Shown here piece after piece: positions 1 through 11,530 of a stretch of DNA of 46,760 nt (the stretch's first letter is position 1; each line of letters begins with the position of its first letter). This DNA comes from Hyphomicrobiaceae bacterium. GTDB taxonomy: Bacteria; Pseudomonadota; Alphaproteobacteria; Rhizobiales; Hyphomicrobiaceae. A program made the position numbers and the translations under genes. Location: the NCBI GenBank assembly GCA_051009955.1, contig JBPCWB010000099.1, forward strand, positions 1 through 46,760, in the 5' to 3' direction. The notes beneath the pieces are model-generated. The model was not told the origin of the DNA, did not search any database, and saw only the letters and a list, made by a program, of their open reading frames with translations.

Positions 1-233
1 CCCATGATCATCATGGTGGCGTGGCGCTTCGTCCAGCATTCCCCGATATTCGGACAGCCGGCCTCCTCGCAAACCGTGTTCAGGTTGTTTTCGCGGACGA
101 TTCGCCGGGTTTCGGCATACTCGACCGACCCCGGTGCACGCACCCAAATCCAATCCGGCTTTCGAATGACCGGAGTATCGGCACGCGCCTGTTTCTCGGG
201 ATGGCGGACCTTGCTATCAATCAGTGTGACCAT
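1..233 (-). CDS. lipA: Lipoyl synthase, N-terminal part only (gene runs off the window start)
   Basis: Absent from the ORF track because it is open at the window edge. The reverse complement from ATG (233..231) reads [78 protein letters not shown]. It contains the LipA auxiliary-cluster motif C-x4-C-x5-C ([12 protein letters not shown]). Confidence 0.85.
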   Translation of the reverse strand, partial: MVTLIDSKVRHPEKQARADTPVIRKPDWIWVRAPGSVEYAETRRIVRENNLNTVCEEAGCPNIGECWTKRHATMMIM

Positions 234-363
234 CACCACGCGATCTCAATGTCTGACTTGGTTATTTATACTTGGTTCGCACTGATCGCACCACAAGACC
301 ACGCAAGTGTCACATCTCGCCCGGAACCACTCCTGCTCAGCATGACGCACATCGAGCCAAGTT

Positions 364-630
364 CTAGCGACCGAGAATGCGTGCAAGCACGATCACGATC
401 AACGCGCCAATGGTGGAGACCGCGATTTGGTTGCCCCAAGGCCCAAGATCGAATGGGAGATTAAGGAGTCCCTGTTGCACCATGGTGCCGCCAATAAATG
501 CACCGATGATGCCGACGATCACGTTGCGGATCAGCCCTCCGCCGCCAAGAAGTAGGCCGGCCAACCAGCCAGCGATCAGGCCATTGATCGCCATCACGAT
601 CCAAGGCCAATAAGGTCCAAGTTCTTCCAT
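364..630 (-). CDS. GlsB/YeaQ/YmgE-family small stress membrane protein (transglycosylase-associated type)
   Basis: 88 aa with Gly-rich transmembrane segments (GLIAGWLAGLLLGGGG, VGIIGAFIGG, STIGALIVIVLARILGR) typical of this family. Confidence 0.85.
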   Translation of the reverse strand: MEELGPYWPWIVMAINGLIAGWLAGLLLGGGGLIRNVIVGIIGAFIGGTMVQQGLLNLPFDLGPWGNQIAVSTIGALIVIVLARILGR

Positions 631-667
631 CGTTCCCTCCCGGATTACGCTCGGATGATAATTGTCG

Positions 668-922
668 TCAGGCGATCAATCGTGCGACGATGACAACGAC
701 GATCGCGCCAATCGTCGACGTTGCAATCAATGATGCCACTTCGTTCTTGATCCCCAAATTGATGCCCGCGGTCTTCAGCAGCCAGCCTCCGACAAATGCG
801 CCTATCACGCCACTCACCAAGTATCCAAGGAGCCCCCAGCCCGAAGGTCCGACAATAAAGGATGCCAGATAGCCCGCCACGAGTCCGGTGAGCGCGAAAA
901 TGATGATCGAGCGATTGTCCAT
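668..922 (-). CDS. GlsB/YeaQ/YmgE-family small stress membrane protein (tandem paralog)
   Basis: 84 aa with the same architecture as the neighbouring gene (GLVAGYLASFIVG, GVIGAFVGGWLL, STIGAIVVVIVARLIA). Confidence 0.85.
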   Translation of the reverse strand: MDNRSIIIFALTGLVAGYLASFIVGPSGWGLLGYLVSGVIGAFVGGWLLKTAGINLGIKNEVASLIATSTIGAIVVVIVARLIA

Positions 923-967
923 TTCATGTCCCTAAAAGCCAGGTCCTGAGCGCCACAACTCATGCGT

Positions 968-2407
968 TTACATGTGAATGACTCGACCGTATGCGTCCAA
1001 GACGCTTTCATGCATCATTTCTGACAGAGTCGGATGCGGAAAGATCGTCCCCATCAGATCCTCTTCCGTGGTTTCAAGTTGCATTGCCACCACAAACCCC
1101 TGGATCAACTCCGTGACCTCGGACCCAATGAGGTGGGCCCCCAACAATTGCCCAGACGTCGCATCAAAGATCGTTTTTACCAGGCCCTCGGGTTCGCCCA
1201 GCGCAATGGCTTTGCCGTTGCCTTGAAACGGGAAGCGACCAATCTTGAGCTCATATCCGGCCGCACGCGCCGCATCTTCTGTTAGCCCGACCGACGCGAT
1301 CTGAGGCTGACAGTAGGTGCATCCGGGGATCTTTGTTTTGTCGATCGGGTGCGGCGCTGAGCCCTTGATTGCCTCGACACACACAACGCCCTCATGTTCC
1401 GCCTTGTGGGCCAGCAGTGGAGGTCCCGCAGCATCACCGATGGCATAGATGCCGGGGATGTTGGTTTGACCAAAGTCACCGGTGACAATACATCCATTCT
1501 CGATGGCGACGCCGATGCTCTCAAGCCCCAGACCATCAGAATTGCCAATGACTCCCACCGCCGAAATCAATCGCTCAGCGCTGACCGTCTCACCCGCGCC
1601 GTCGTTGCGCTCAACAAGACAACTGACGCTATTCGAAGTTTTTTCGACTTGCGTGACCCGAGCACCGGTGAGAATGCGAATGCCCTGCTTTTCGAAGGAT
1701 TTGCGGGCCAGCTGTGAGATCTCGGCGTCTTCAACCGGCAGAATGCGATCGACCACTTCGATAACCGTAACCTCGGCACCCATCGCCCGGTAGAACGAGG
1801 CAAACTCGATGCCGATGGCTCCGGATCCCATGACAATGAGTGAACGCGGAAAGGCCTTCGGCACCATCGCCTCGAAGTAGGTCCAAATCAGATTTCCGTC
1901 CGGCTCGATTCCGGGCAGCACGCGCGGGCGCGCGCCCGTTGCGACAATAATATGTGCCGCATTATAGAGACCGGGACCCAGCGCCCCCCTCGGCGGAGGA
2001 TGTTGCGGCTCCATCGCCGCCTTCCGGGGCGCCGTGACGCTCACTTCACCCGGAGCCTCAATAACGGCTTCTCCCCAGATGACGTCGACTTTGTTCTTTT
2101 TGAGTAAGTGACCAACCCCTCCATTGAGGCGGCCGGAAACCTTCCGTGACCGTGCCACGACCTGCTCGGCCTGCGCCGTCACCGTGCCGTGCAATTCCAG
2201 GCCAAAGTCAGCGGCGTGGTTGGCATAGGTCAAAATTTCCGCGGATCGCAGAAGTGCCTTGGTGGGAATGCACCCCCAATTCAAGCATATACCACCGAGA
2301 TGCTCCCGCTCAACGATTGCCGTGCGCAAACCGAGCTGGGCGGACCGAATGGCGGCAACGTATCCGCCCGGTCCCGCGCCAATCACAAGAACGTCGTAGC
2401 TCTGCAC
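968..2407 (-). CDS. lpdA: Dihydrolipoyl dehydrogenase (E3)
   Basis: 479 aa. It has the FAD-binding motif VIGAGPGGYVAA, the redox-active disulfide GGICLNWGCIPTK, and the C-terminal interface motif HPTLSE. It sits downstream of the pdh genes. Confidence 0.95.
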   Translation of the reverse strand: MQSYDVLVIGAGPGGYVAAIRSAQLGLRTAIVEREHLGGICLNWGCIPTKALLRSAEILTYANHAADFGLELHGTVTAQAEQVVARSRKVSGRLNGGVGHLLKKNKVDVIWGEAVIEAPGEVSVTAPRKAAMEPQHPPPRGALGPGLYNAAHIIVATGARPRVLPGIEPDGNLIWTYFEAMVPKAFPRSLIVMGSGAIGIEFASFYRAMGAEVTVIEVVDRILPVEDAEISQLARKSFEKQGIRILTGARVTQVEKTSNSVSCLVERNDGAGETVSAERLISAVGVIGNSDGLGLESIGVAIENGCIVTGDFGQTNIPGIYAIGDAAGPPLLAHKAEHEGVVCVEAIKGSAPHPIDKTKIPGCTYCQPQIASVGLTEDAARAAGYELKIGRFPFQGNGKAIALGEPEGLVKTIFDATSGQLLGAHLIGSEVTELIQGFVVAMQLETTEEDLMGTIFPHPTLSEMMHESVLDAYGRVIHM

Positions 2408-2676
2408 CCCATTCCCTCTCGTTCAGCTCCGCCCGGTGCAATCATCACCTCCGCTCGCGTGGTCGACTGCGGGCGTCCTGGCATTAAGACCCCATTTGGC
2501 CGGGGGATCAAACACAACCTCAGGAACCGGTTTGACCGAGCAATGAGCGCGCTCTTGGTGCGGATAACGCGATTGAATACCCACAAACCATCAAAGGTGC
2601 GGAGCTAGAATTGTTGACTGTTGATGGACGTCTAACAGTGTTTTCAAACCACGGAGTTGAGAGATGTGCCGGCCCA

Positions 2677-2964
2677 CTAAACGTGGCACTGATTGCTGAG
2701 ATACGAATTCAGCAAATCGTTGTAGCGCTGGACCTCGGCCTGTTGCTTGCTGCTCAAGCGCTTGCCACGCCCGGCCGCATCAGCCCTCATGTGGACGCCG
2801 CGCGCTTCGTATCGGCCCAACTCCCGCTTGATCGACTTGCAGCTTCCGCCGGAACTGAGGGCCATTCCACCGCCCGCAGACGGCCCACCCGCGCAGCCGG
2901 ACAGCATCACGGCCACAATGAACAAGGCAGATCCACTGAAAAGCTGTAAGCCCTGGCCCGACAT
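2677..2964 (-). CDS. Small lipoprotein, unknown function
   Basis: I chose the internal ATG at 2964, which is preceded by GGGAG about 9 nt upstream. The signal peptide ends in the lipobox LSGC. The mature part is short and charged, with two Cys about 50 residues apart. Confidence 0.55.
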   Translation of the reverse strand: MSGQGLQLFSGSALFIVAVMLSGCAGGPSAGGGMALSSGGSCKSIKRELGRYEARGVHMRADAAGRGKRLSSKQQAEVQRYNDLLNSYLSNQCHV

Positions 2965-3180
2965 GCTGACTACTCCCAAGACTGCACACTATGCAGATGT
3001 AGTGAACGCGGACCATAGCGCTACCCGCAGCGCGGCTCCAACGCAATCAGAATTCTCTTTTTCGCCGGTGGTGTTGAAAAACGGCCATAGCCCTCCGCAA
3101 AAGCAGAGGACGTAGCTCTCGTTGACGAGACGGGCGACCGCTCTGCGACCGTGACCGGTCGTTCTGCGGCCGCTCGTGGC

Positions 3181-3579
3181 CTAATTCTTGGCGGCAGCGC
3201 TCGCTGGCGCGGTTTGGGCCGCCATCTTAGGCTTCATGACCGGCGCTGCACTCGCCGTCGTCGGAAGCTTGGAACAGCGCAGCCGAAACTCTGTGTTGGC
3301 CTGATTGAGTTCGGCCACTTTGCCCAATGCCGCACGCTTGATGACGACTGTCTTACTCTTGCCGGCCGCAGCCTTTTCGACACGAGTGACGGTTCCTTCC
3401 GAGCGCAGCAAGGCAATTCTGTTTTGCAAAGCCAAGCAGGCCGGATCGACGGCAGCAACGTTGGGTTTCTCGGGTTGCACCGAGGCCGTCGTCAACAACG
3501 ACGAATTATCGCTTGCACACCCAGCTAGGCCCAGCAGCCCGATCGCCGCAGCGATTGAAGGCACACGAATGGAGCGCAT
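3181..3579 (-). CDS. Lipoprotein, unknown function
   Basis: I chose the internal ATG at 3579, preceded by GGGGAGG 5 nt upstream. The product starts MRSIRVPSIAAAIGLLGLAGCASD, with lipobox LAGC. The mature part has two Cys about 53 residues apart and an Ala/Pro/Lys-rich tail. Confidence 0.55.
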   Translation of the reverse strand: MRSIRVPSIAAAIGLLGLAGCASDNSSLLTTASVQPEKPNVAAVDPACLALQNRIALLRSEGTVTRVEKAAAGKSKTVVIKRAALGKVAELNQANTEFRLRCSKLPTTASAAPVMKPKMAAQTAPASAAAKN

Positions 3580-3796
3580 AGACGCCTCCCCTAATTCACC
3601 GAATCTCACAGATACTCGATTCGATGGTTGCCCCCTTGCACGACTCGGAACAACCCGAATCGAAGGCAATCACGTGGATATCCGCCCCGCTGTATAGATG
3701 CAGCCTGATTACATGTATAAATGTGCCCAAAGAGCAACAATAAATTCAAACACAATTAGATTTCCTGCATCATTGTGCCGACAAGGCAACCCGGCC

Positions 3797-5209
3797 CTAT
3801 ACCAACATGCGGACCGGATCCTCAATGAACGTTTTGAAAGCGTTGAGCAATTCAGCTCCAACGGCGCCGTCCACGACGCGATGATCGCAGGACAATGTGC
3901 AGTTCATGATTGTTGCAACTTTGACATCATCGCCAACCACAATCGGTCGACGCTCACCTGCACCGACGGCGAGGATAGTGGCGTGGGGCGGATTGATTAC
4001 GGCGTCGAACAACTTGATCCCATACATCCCCAGATTGGATATTGAGGTCGTGCCGCCCTGATACTCGTGCGGCGCGAGACGTCGCTTGCGGGCGCGGCCG
4101 GCGAGATCCTTCATCTCGTTCGAAATCTCTCCCAGGGTTTTGAGCTCGGCATGACGGATCACGGGCGTGAATAATCCGCCCTCGACTGCTACCGCCACGC
4201 CGACGTCGGAATGGCGGTGCTGCAACATGCCGTCGACCGTCCAGGTTGCATTGGCCGCTGGGACCTGTTGCAGGGCCAGGGCCAACGCCTTAATCACGAA
4301 GTCATTGACCGAAAGTCTGTAGGCCCGCGGCCCCTCGGTCGGCGCGGCGTCATTAATCCGCGTCCGCGCCCGAAGCAATTCCTCCAGCACGCACTCAACC
4401 GTCATATAAAAATGCGGGATCGTCTGTTTCGATTGGGTCAGGCGCTGGGCGATCACGCGGCGCATGCCATCGTGCGGGACCACTTCATACGACTGCGCGT
4501 CATAGAGTGCCAGGATCTGCTCGTCCGGCATGGCCTCGATTGCCGGTTTCCCCGGCACCGGCACGGCCTCGGAGACCTCCGTCGAGAGAGAGCGGCTCTC
4601 CGCACCTGACGCCGGTATGCCTTCGGCGATCAGTCGGTCAATGTCGGCCTTGATGATACGGCCATGCGGCCCCGAACCAGCCACCGCAGACAGTTCGATG
4701 CCGGCATCGCGTGCCATCCGTCGCGCAAGTGGTGACGCAAATGTTCTCGCCGGTCCGGCCTGCCCATTGCGTTCCGGTCTTGCCGGATTGGCTGTCGGTT
4801 CCGGCGCACGCTCGAAATTACTCGCCGCCGGCTCTTCGACTGGGGTCGTTACCGCTGCAAGCCCTCCGGTTTGATTGTCCTGCTCCGTTTCGCTCAAAAC
4901 CGGCCCGGGGTTCGCGGCCGAGGCTGACGCGGCCACATTTCCTGCGTCGACGGCGGCTGGATCATCCCCCTCCTCCAGCAACAGCGCAATGGGCGTATTG
5001 ACCGCCACGCCTTCAGTCCCTTCGGCAACCAGGATCTTGCCAACGCTGCCCTCTTCGATGGCCTCGACTTCCATCGTCGCTTTGTCGGTCTCGATCTCCG
5101 CGATGACCATTCCCGGTGTCACCGCGTCACCTTCGGTGACCAGCCACTTGGCGAGCGTGCCTTCCTCCATTGTCGGCGACAGCGCGGGCATCAAGATTTG
5201 GATCGGCAT
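3797..5209 (-). CDS. pdhC: Pyruvate dehydrogenase E2, dihydrolipoamide acetyltransferase
   Basis: 470 aa. It has an N-terminal lipoyl domain ([12 protein letters not shown]), an E3-binding domain (ASPLARRMARDAGIEL...GSGPHGRIIKADI), and a catalytic domain with the DHRVVDG motif. Confidence 0.95.
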   Translation of the reverse strand: MPIQILMPALSPTMEEGTLAKWLVTEGDAVTPGMVIAEIETDKATMEVEAIEEGSVGKILVAEGTEGVAVNTPIALLLEEGDDPAAVDAGNVAASASAANPGPVLSETEQDNQTGGLAAVTTPVEEPAASNFERAPEPTANPARPERNGQAGPARTFASPLARRMARDAGIELSAVAGSGPHGRIIKADIDRLIAEGIPASGAESRSLSTEVSEAVPVPGKPAIEAMPDEQILALYDAQSYEVVPHDGMRRVIAQRLTQSKQTIPHFYMTVECVLEELLRARTRINDAAPTEGPRAYRLSVNDFVIKALALALQQVPAANATWTVDGMLQHRHSDVGVAVAVEGGLFTPVIRHAELKTLGEISNEMKDLAGRARKRRLAPHEYQGGTTSISNLGMYGIKLFDAVINPPHATILAVGAGERRPIVVGDDVKVATIMNCTLSCDHRVVDGAVGAELLNAFKTFIEDPVRMLV

Positions 5210-5281
5210 GGCGGAGGCTCTTCTCAGTGCAGGCGCGGAATGTGTAAATGGTTTGGCCTTGGCGCATTAGCCAAGCCCGTC

Positions 5282-6718
5282 TTAGTCGGCATAGCAGACA
5301 GATTTTGCTGCCGCGACGACCCGGTCGGCATTCGGCAGCGCCAAGCGTTCCAGATTGGCCGCGTACGGGATCGGGACATCGGCGCCTGAAACCTTGGCAG
5401 GCGGAGCATCCAGATGGTCGAACGCCTGAATGGCGACGTTGGCGCAGATTTCCGAACCGATCGAGCATACGGGCCAGGCTTCTTCGACCGTGACCAAACG
5501 GTTGGTTTTCCGAACAGACGAAAGGATGGCGTCCCAATCGATCGGGCGCAGGGATCTCAGATCGATGATCTCGGCCTGAATGCCATCGTCCGCCAGACGC
5601 TCGGCCGCCTCAAGCGCATAAGACACACCGCGCGCGAACGACACGATCGTCACATCATTGCCCTCGCGGGCAACGCGGGCCGCACCAATTGGAATGACCC
5701 AGTCATCTGACTTCGGAACATCACCGGACTGGCCATAGAGGATTTCATTCTCGAGAAACACCACAGGGTTGGGGTCGCGGATCGCAGCTTTCAACAGACC
5801 CTTGGCATCGCTGGGATTTGACGGCGCGACGACTTTGAGACCTGGACAATGGGCATACCACGCCGAATAGCATTGTGAATGCTGTGCAGCGACTCTCGCA
5901 GCGGCGCCATTGGGACCACGAAAGACGATCGGACAGCCCATTTGCCCGCCGGACATGTAGAGCGTCTTCGCAGCCGAGTTGATGATCTGGTCTATCGCCT
6001 GCATCGCAAAGTTCCACGTCATGAACTCGACAATTGGTGAGAGACCGCCCATGGCTGCGCCAACACCGATGCCGGCGAACCCCTGCTCCGTGATTGGTGT
6101 ATCGATCACACGGCGCGCGCCGAATTCTTCCAGGAGCCCTTGGCTCACCTTATAAGCCCCCTGATATTCCGCGACCTCCTCCCCCATCAAGAAGACATCC
6201 GGATTGCGGCGCATCTCCTCGGCCATGGCATCGCGCAACGCCTCACGCATGGTGAGTGACTCAGTGTCGCCGGCTGCCGTCTGCGCCTCGACGGGTCGCG
6301 GCGGCACGGCCGTTGCTGGTGCTGCGCTGTCTGCGGCCGACAAAGCAGACGCCGCGGGCTGGAGATCGGCCGGCCGAGGTGGCGCGGAAGGAGTTGGCGT
6401 CGAAATGTCAGGTGCCTGCGCGCGGTCCGCGCCGTTCTTGTGAGGTGCAGCTTCAGCTACGACATCAACTGTTTCGTCTTCGCCCGAGATCAGCGCAATG
6501 GGCGTGTTGACTTTCACGCCCTCGGTTCCCTCCGCAATGAGAATGCGCGACAGCCGGCCTTCGTCGACGGCCTCGACTTCCATCGTGGCCTTGTCCGTCT
6601 CAATCTCTGCGATCACCATACCGGAAGCAATGTCGTCACCTTCCTTAACCAACCACTTGGCTAACGTTCCCTCTTCCATCGTCGGCGACAGGGCAGGCAT
6701 CAATATCTGTGTGGGCAT
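5282..6718 (-). CDS. pdhB: Pyruvate dehydrogenase E1 beta subunit with N-terminal lipoyl domain
   Basis: 478 aa. A lipoyl domain ([12 protein letters not shown]) and an Ala/Pro linker are followed by a transketolase-like E1 beta core ([20 protein letters not shown]..., [19 protein letters not shown]). Confidence 0.95.
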   Translation of the reverse strand: MPTQILMPALSPTMEEGTLAKWLVKEGDDIASGMVIAEIETDKATMEVEAVDEGRLSRILIAEGTEGVKVNTPIALISGEDETVDVVAEAAPHKNGADRAQAPDISTPTPSAPPRPADLQPAASALSAADSAAPATAVPPRPVEAQTAAGDTESLTMREALRDAMAEEMRRNPDVFLMGEEVAEYQGAYKVSQGLLEEFGARRVIDTPITEQGFAGIGVGAAMGGLSPIVEFMTWNFAMQAIDQIINSAAKTLYMSGGQMGCPIVFRGPNGAAARVAAQHSQCYSAWYAHCPGLKVVAPSNPSDAKGLLKAAIRDPNPVVFLENEILYGQSGDVPKSDDWVIPIGAARVAREGNDVTIVSFARGVSYALEAAERLADDGIQAEIIDLRSLRPIDWDAILSSVRKTNRLVTVEEAWPVCSIGSEICANVAIQAFDHLDAPPAKVSGADVPIPYAANLERLALPNADRVVAAAKSVCYAD

Positions 6719-6771
6719 GGTGTTCTCTTAATGGGCGCTTCACAACCGGGTCTGCTCAACGATGCACTCCC

Positions 6772-7749
6772 TCAGGCCGGGACAGGCAACAAGACATCGG
6801 TCCACAACTCTGCCGCGTCCGGTTCCGGACTGGATTGGGCAAACTCAGCGGCCGCATTGACGGTGGCGCGGATGTCGCGATCAATGGCCTTGAGCTGCTC
6901 CTCAGTGGCATGTCCTTCGGCCAGCAGGCGATGACGCACCCGCTCGATCGGGTCCTGCTCCGAACGAACACGATCAACCTCTTCCCGCGTTCGATACTTG
7001 GCCGGATCCGACATCGAATGTCCGCGGTAGCGATACGTCAGCATTTCAAGGATGTAAGGGCCGCCACCGTTTCGAATGCCGCCGACAATGCGCTCGCCTG
7101 CCTTTTTGACGGCACGCACATCCATACCGTCGACCTGCTCTCCGGGAATATCGAATGATGCGCCGCGATGCGAGAAATCGGTTGTTGCGGCGGCCCGTTC
7201 GGTCGACGTGCCCATTGCGTACTTGTTATTCTCGATAACGAAGAGGATAGGAAGGTTCCACAGCTTGGCCATGTTGAAGGTCTCATAGACCTGCCCTTGA
7301 TTGGCTGCGCCGTCGCCGAAGTAGCAGAAGCATACGCCATCGTTGCCGCGATAGGCATTGGCGAATGCCAGCCCCGCACCAAGTGGCACCGATGCCCCGA
7401 CGATGCCATGGCCACCAAAAAAATTCTTCTCCTTTGAGAACATGTGCATCGAGCCGCCCTTGCCGCGCGAATAACCGCTGGCACGCCCGGTGAGCTCGGC
7501 CATTACGCCTTTGGGGTCCATGCCTGTCGCAAGCATGTGGCCGTGATCCCGATAGGTCGTAATCACCTGGTCCCCATCCGCCGCGCACATCTGCAGGCCG
7601 ACAACAACGGCTTCCTGTCCGATGTAGAGATGGCAGAACCCGCCGATGAACCCCATGCCGTATAGCTGGCCCGCCTTCTCTTCGAAGCGTCGGATCAACA
7701 GCATCTCGCGATAGGCCAGGAGTTCTTGTTCAGCGGTTAGCGCAGACAT
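6772..7749 (-). CDS. pdhA: Pyruvate dehydrogenase E1 alpha subunit
   Basis: 325 aa with a TPP-binding region (GDGAANQGQVYETFNMAKLWNLPILFVIENNKYAMGT) and the YRYRGHSMSDP motif. Confidence 0.95.
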   Translation of the reverse strand: MSALTAEQELLAYREMLLIRRFEEKAGQLYGMGFIGGFCHLYIGQEAVVVGLQMCAADGDQVITTYRDHGHMLATGMDPKGVMAELTGRASGYSRGKGGSMHMFSKEKNFFGGHGIVGASVPLGAGLAFANAYRGNDGVCFCYFGDGAANQGQVYETFNMAKLWNLPILFVIENNKYAMGTSTERAAATTDFSHRGASFDIPGEQVDGMDVRAVKKAGERIVGGIRNGGGPYILEMLTYRYRGHSMSDPAKYRTREEVDRVRSEQDPIERVRHRLLAEGHATEEQLKAIDRDIRATVNAAAEFAQSSPEPDAAELWTDVLLPVPA

Positions 7750-7968
7750 GCGGCGTTCTCCCCAGACTCAGGACATCGTTTGCCGGCGAGGAACGAATTG
7801 GCAACGCCAGCAGCAATCTGCTTCCGGTCACCACTCACCGCGATCCCCACAGCAACGCGCGCTGCAACCGGACCGGAGATACCCCTTTTGCGCTAAACTA
7901 CACGACGCGTCGCGGCGATGCCAACTGCGATCATCGGCGTCTTCAGCTGTATGTGATCAGAAATGAAC

Positions 7969-8286
7969 TTAGCGACGCAGAATAGCGTCCTGCGGGTAAG
8001 CAAAGCCAAGGTCACGCTGAGCGATTTCTTCCACAATATCCCGGTGGGGAGGATCGCTCACCAGCAACTTGACGTGCCGGTCGAGGCGAGCGTGCACGAG
8101 CTCAAGGCTCTGGATTTCCCGCGCCAGCACCGCTGACCGTTCCATCAATCTGGCTTGAGCCTCAAGCCCGTGCCTGCCGTTAATGGCGTGATGAATAAAG
8201 TAAGCCGCGAAGAATGAACAGCCGAGCAATACCGTAAACGACTGTAACGGCCTCCTCATTCGTCTGCTTTGAGAGGTCATACGCAA
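7969..8286 (-). CDS. ftsB: Septum formation initiator family protein (FtsB/DivIC-like)
   Basis: 105 aa with an N-terminal transmembrane segment and a coiled coil, ending in ...DIVEEIAQRDLGFAYPQDAI. Its position between eno and pdhA is typical of Alphaproteobacteria. Confidence 0.75.
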   Translation of the reverse strand: MRMTSQSRRMRRPLQSFTVLLGCSFFAAYFIHHAINGRHGLEAQARLMERSAVLAREIQSLELVHARLDRHVKLLVSDPPHRDIVEEIAQRDLGFAYPQDAILRR

Positions 8287-8374
8287 AACTGGTCATTCCG
8301 AAACAAGGAATTCCCTAGACATAAGCTGACATGTTTAACGTCAGGTAAAATGCACCTCCCATCTAACCTTTGCC

Positions 8375-9763
<1,389 letters not shown>

Positions 9764-9841
9764 TCAGGCTGACGTGCTAAACTGGCGACCGCAAGGATCC
9801 TTGCAGAACAGCAGCACCAGGCGTAGACGAGACGAAGCAAC

Positions 9842-10093
9842 ATGACGAACGACCGTGAGACACTCATTGAAGCAATCGACTGGGCCATTGGCGGCGAATG
9901 GGAAAAGGCCCATGCCACATGTCAGAAGATGGAGGGCGATACCACTGCCGACTGGCTGCACGCCATTCTCCATAAGATCGAGGGCGACGAGCAGAACGCG
10001 CGCTACTGGTACCGCCGGTCGGGACAGTCCTACGAGAGCTGGAACGATCCAGCTGAAGAACTCAAGGCCATGAAGGCCGTAATGACCTACTAG
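9842..10093 (+). CDS. Small conserved hypothetical protein
   Basis: 83 aa with G/C-rich third codon positions like the neighbouring genes. It has no signal peptide and I recognise no family. Confidence 0.55.
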   Translation: MTNDRETLIEAIDWAIGGEWEKAHATCQKMEGDTTADWLHAILHKIEGDEQNARYWYRRSGQSYESWNDPAEELKAMKAVMTY

Positions 10094-10157
10094 ATGAGCC
10101 GGGCCAGCGCGGCTGCCCGGAGCCAGGGACAACTTCCAACACGACCAGCGACCGCCT

Positions 10158-10619
10158 ATGACCGATCATACCTCAGGCCTGACCCAACTGGGATCGCCAA
10201 CCCACATGCCCGCTTCGCCGGAAGAAGCAATATTGGAGCGGGTTCCCAATCCACAGTCTGACACGCTTTATGTGGCCCGTTTCACCGCGCCGGAATTCAC
10301 CTCACTGTGCCCCGTGACGGGTCAGCCGGATTTCGCCCACCTGATGATCGACTACGTGCCGCAGAGTTGGTTGGTCGAATCCAAATCGCTCAAGTTGTAT
10401 CTGACATCATTCCGCAATCACGGTGCTTTCCACGAGGACTGTACAGTCGCCATCGGCAAACGCTTGCGGGACCTTCTGGAGCCTCATTTTTTGCGCATCG
10501 GCGGCTACTGGTATCCGCGCGGCGGGATCCCCATCGACGTCTTCTGGCAGCACGGAGTGTGTCCGAAGGAGGTTTGGCTCCCCGACCAAAACGTCCCATC
10601 CTACCGCGGCAGAGGCTAA
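10158..10619 (+). CDS. queF: NADPH-dependent 7-cyano-7-deazaguanine (preQ0) reductase, unimodular type
   Basis: 153 aa with the QueF motif [19 protein letters not shown] and [19 protein letters not shown]. Confidence 0.9.
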   Translation: MTDHTSGLTQLGSPTHMPASPEEAILERVPNPQSDTLYVARFTAPEFTSLCPVTGQPDFAHLMIDYVPQSWLVESKSLKLYLTSFRNHGAFHEDCTVAIGKRLRDLLEPHFLRIGGYWYPRGGIPIDVFWQHGVCPKEVWLPDQNVPSYRGRG

Positions 10620-10632
10620 GAAGCGGGCCGGG

Positions 10633-11502
10633 CTAGACCTTGAGCCAATCAGGCAGTTCTTCCATCCGCGCACGCGTCGAGGCAATCGGTTCGCTGGACA
10701 TTTCGTGGACGCGCTCGAACAAGGCATCCAGCATTTCTTTACGCCCCCCGTTTGCCTCAAGTTCGGGATAGGGGATCAGCTCGCCAATATGACAGCGTAG
10801 CGGTTGGCCGACACAACGCCGGAATTCGCTGATCAGCAATGATGTCCTGACCGTCGCGCTATATTTGCTGATCAGGTGGAACAGCGGCGAGCACTGGCCC
10901 TCGAAGTAAAGCGGCAGCACTTGCGCGTGCGCAGACTGGATCATCCGTGCAGTAAATGTCTTCCACGGCAACTCGACGGCACGCCCGAACACCGTCGGCG
11001 ACGTCGCGACTCCACCACCGGGAAACACCACGATCGTTGTTCCCTCGCGCAGCAATTCGAGCGCCTGCTTGCGCGTCGCCAAATTCATCGCGCGCGCCCG
11101 ACGCGTATCGGAAAAATCGATCGGCAACGAGTAGGGACGTATTTCGGGAACCTTCATGAGGTCCTTGTGCAGCATTATGCGAAACGGTCGACCGAGTTCT
11201 TCAGCTAATGCCAATGCCCCAAAGCCATCCAGAATTCCAAATGGATGATTAGAGACGATAACGACCGGCGCGCCCTCATCGATTTCTGGCGGAAACTTCC
11301 CCGAGACGATCTCAAGTTGTACGCGAATAAGATCCAGCGCCGGACGCATGATCGGGAGGTTCTGTTCGGCATACTCCCGGCGCCAAATCTCGTACAACGG
11401 CACGAAATAATCTCGTCCGGCCAATCGCTCGATTGACTGGATTATCCATCGCTTCAGCGCTGGGTCTTCTTCTGCGGCATATGTGAGTTCTGGAAATTTC
11501 AT
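10633..11502 (-). CDS. Lysophospholipid/glycerolipid acyltransferase family protein (PlsC-like)
   Basis: 289 aa with an acyltransferase His/Asp box (VSNHPFGILDG) and a downstream FPGGG motif (VVFPGGGVAT). Confidence 0.7.
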   Translation of the reverse strand: MKFPELTYAAEEDPALKRWIIQSIERLAGRDYFVPLYEIWRREYAEQNLPIMRPALDLIRVQLEIVSGKFPPEIDEGAPVVIVSNHPFGILDGFGALALAEELGRPFRIMLHKDLMKVPEIRPYSLPIDFSDTRRARAMNLATRKQALELLREGTTIVVFPGGGVATSPTVFGRAVELPWKTFTARMIQSAHAQVLPLYFEGQCSPLFHLISKYSATVRTSLLISEFRRCVGQPLRCHIGELIPYPELEANGGRKEMLDALFERVHEMSSEPIASTRARMEELPDWLKV

Positions 11503-11530
11503 AGGCCACAGCCCGGATCGTTCATCGCCT

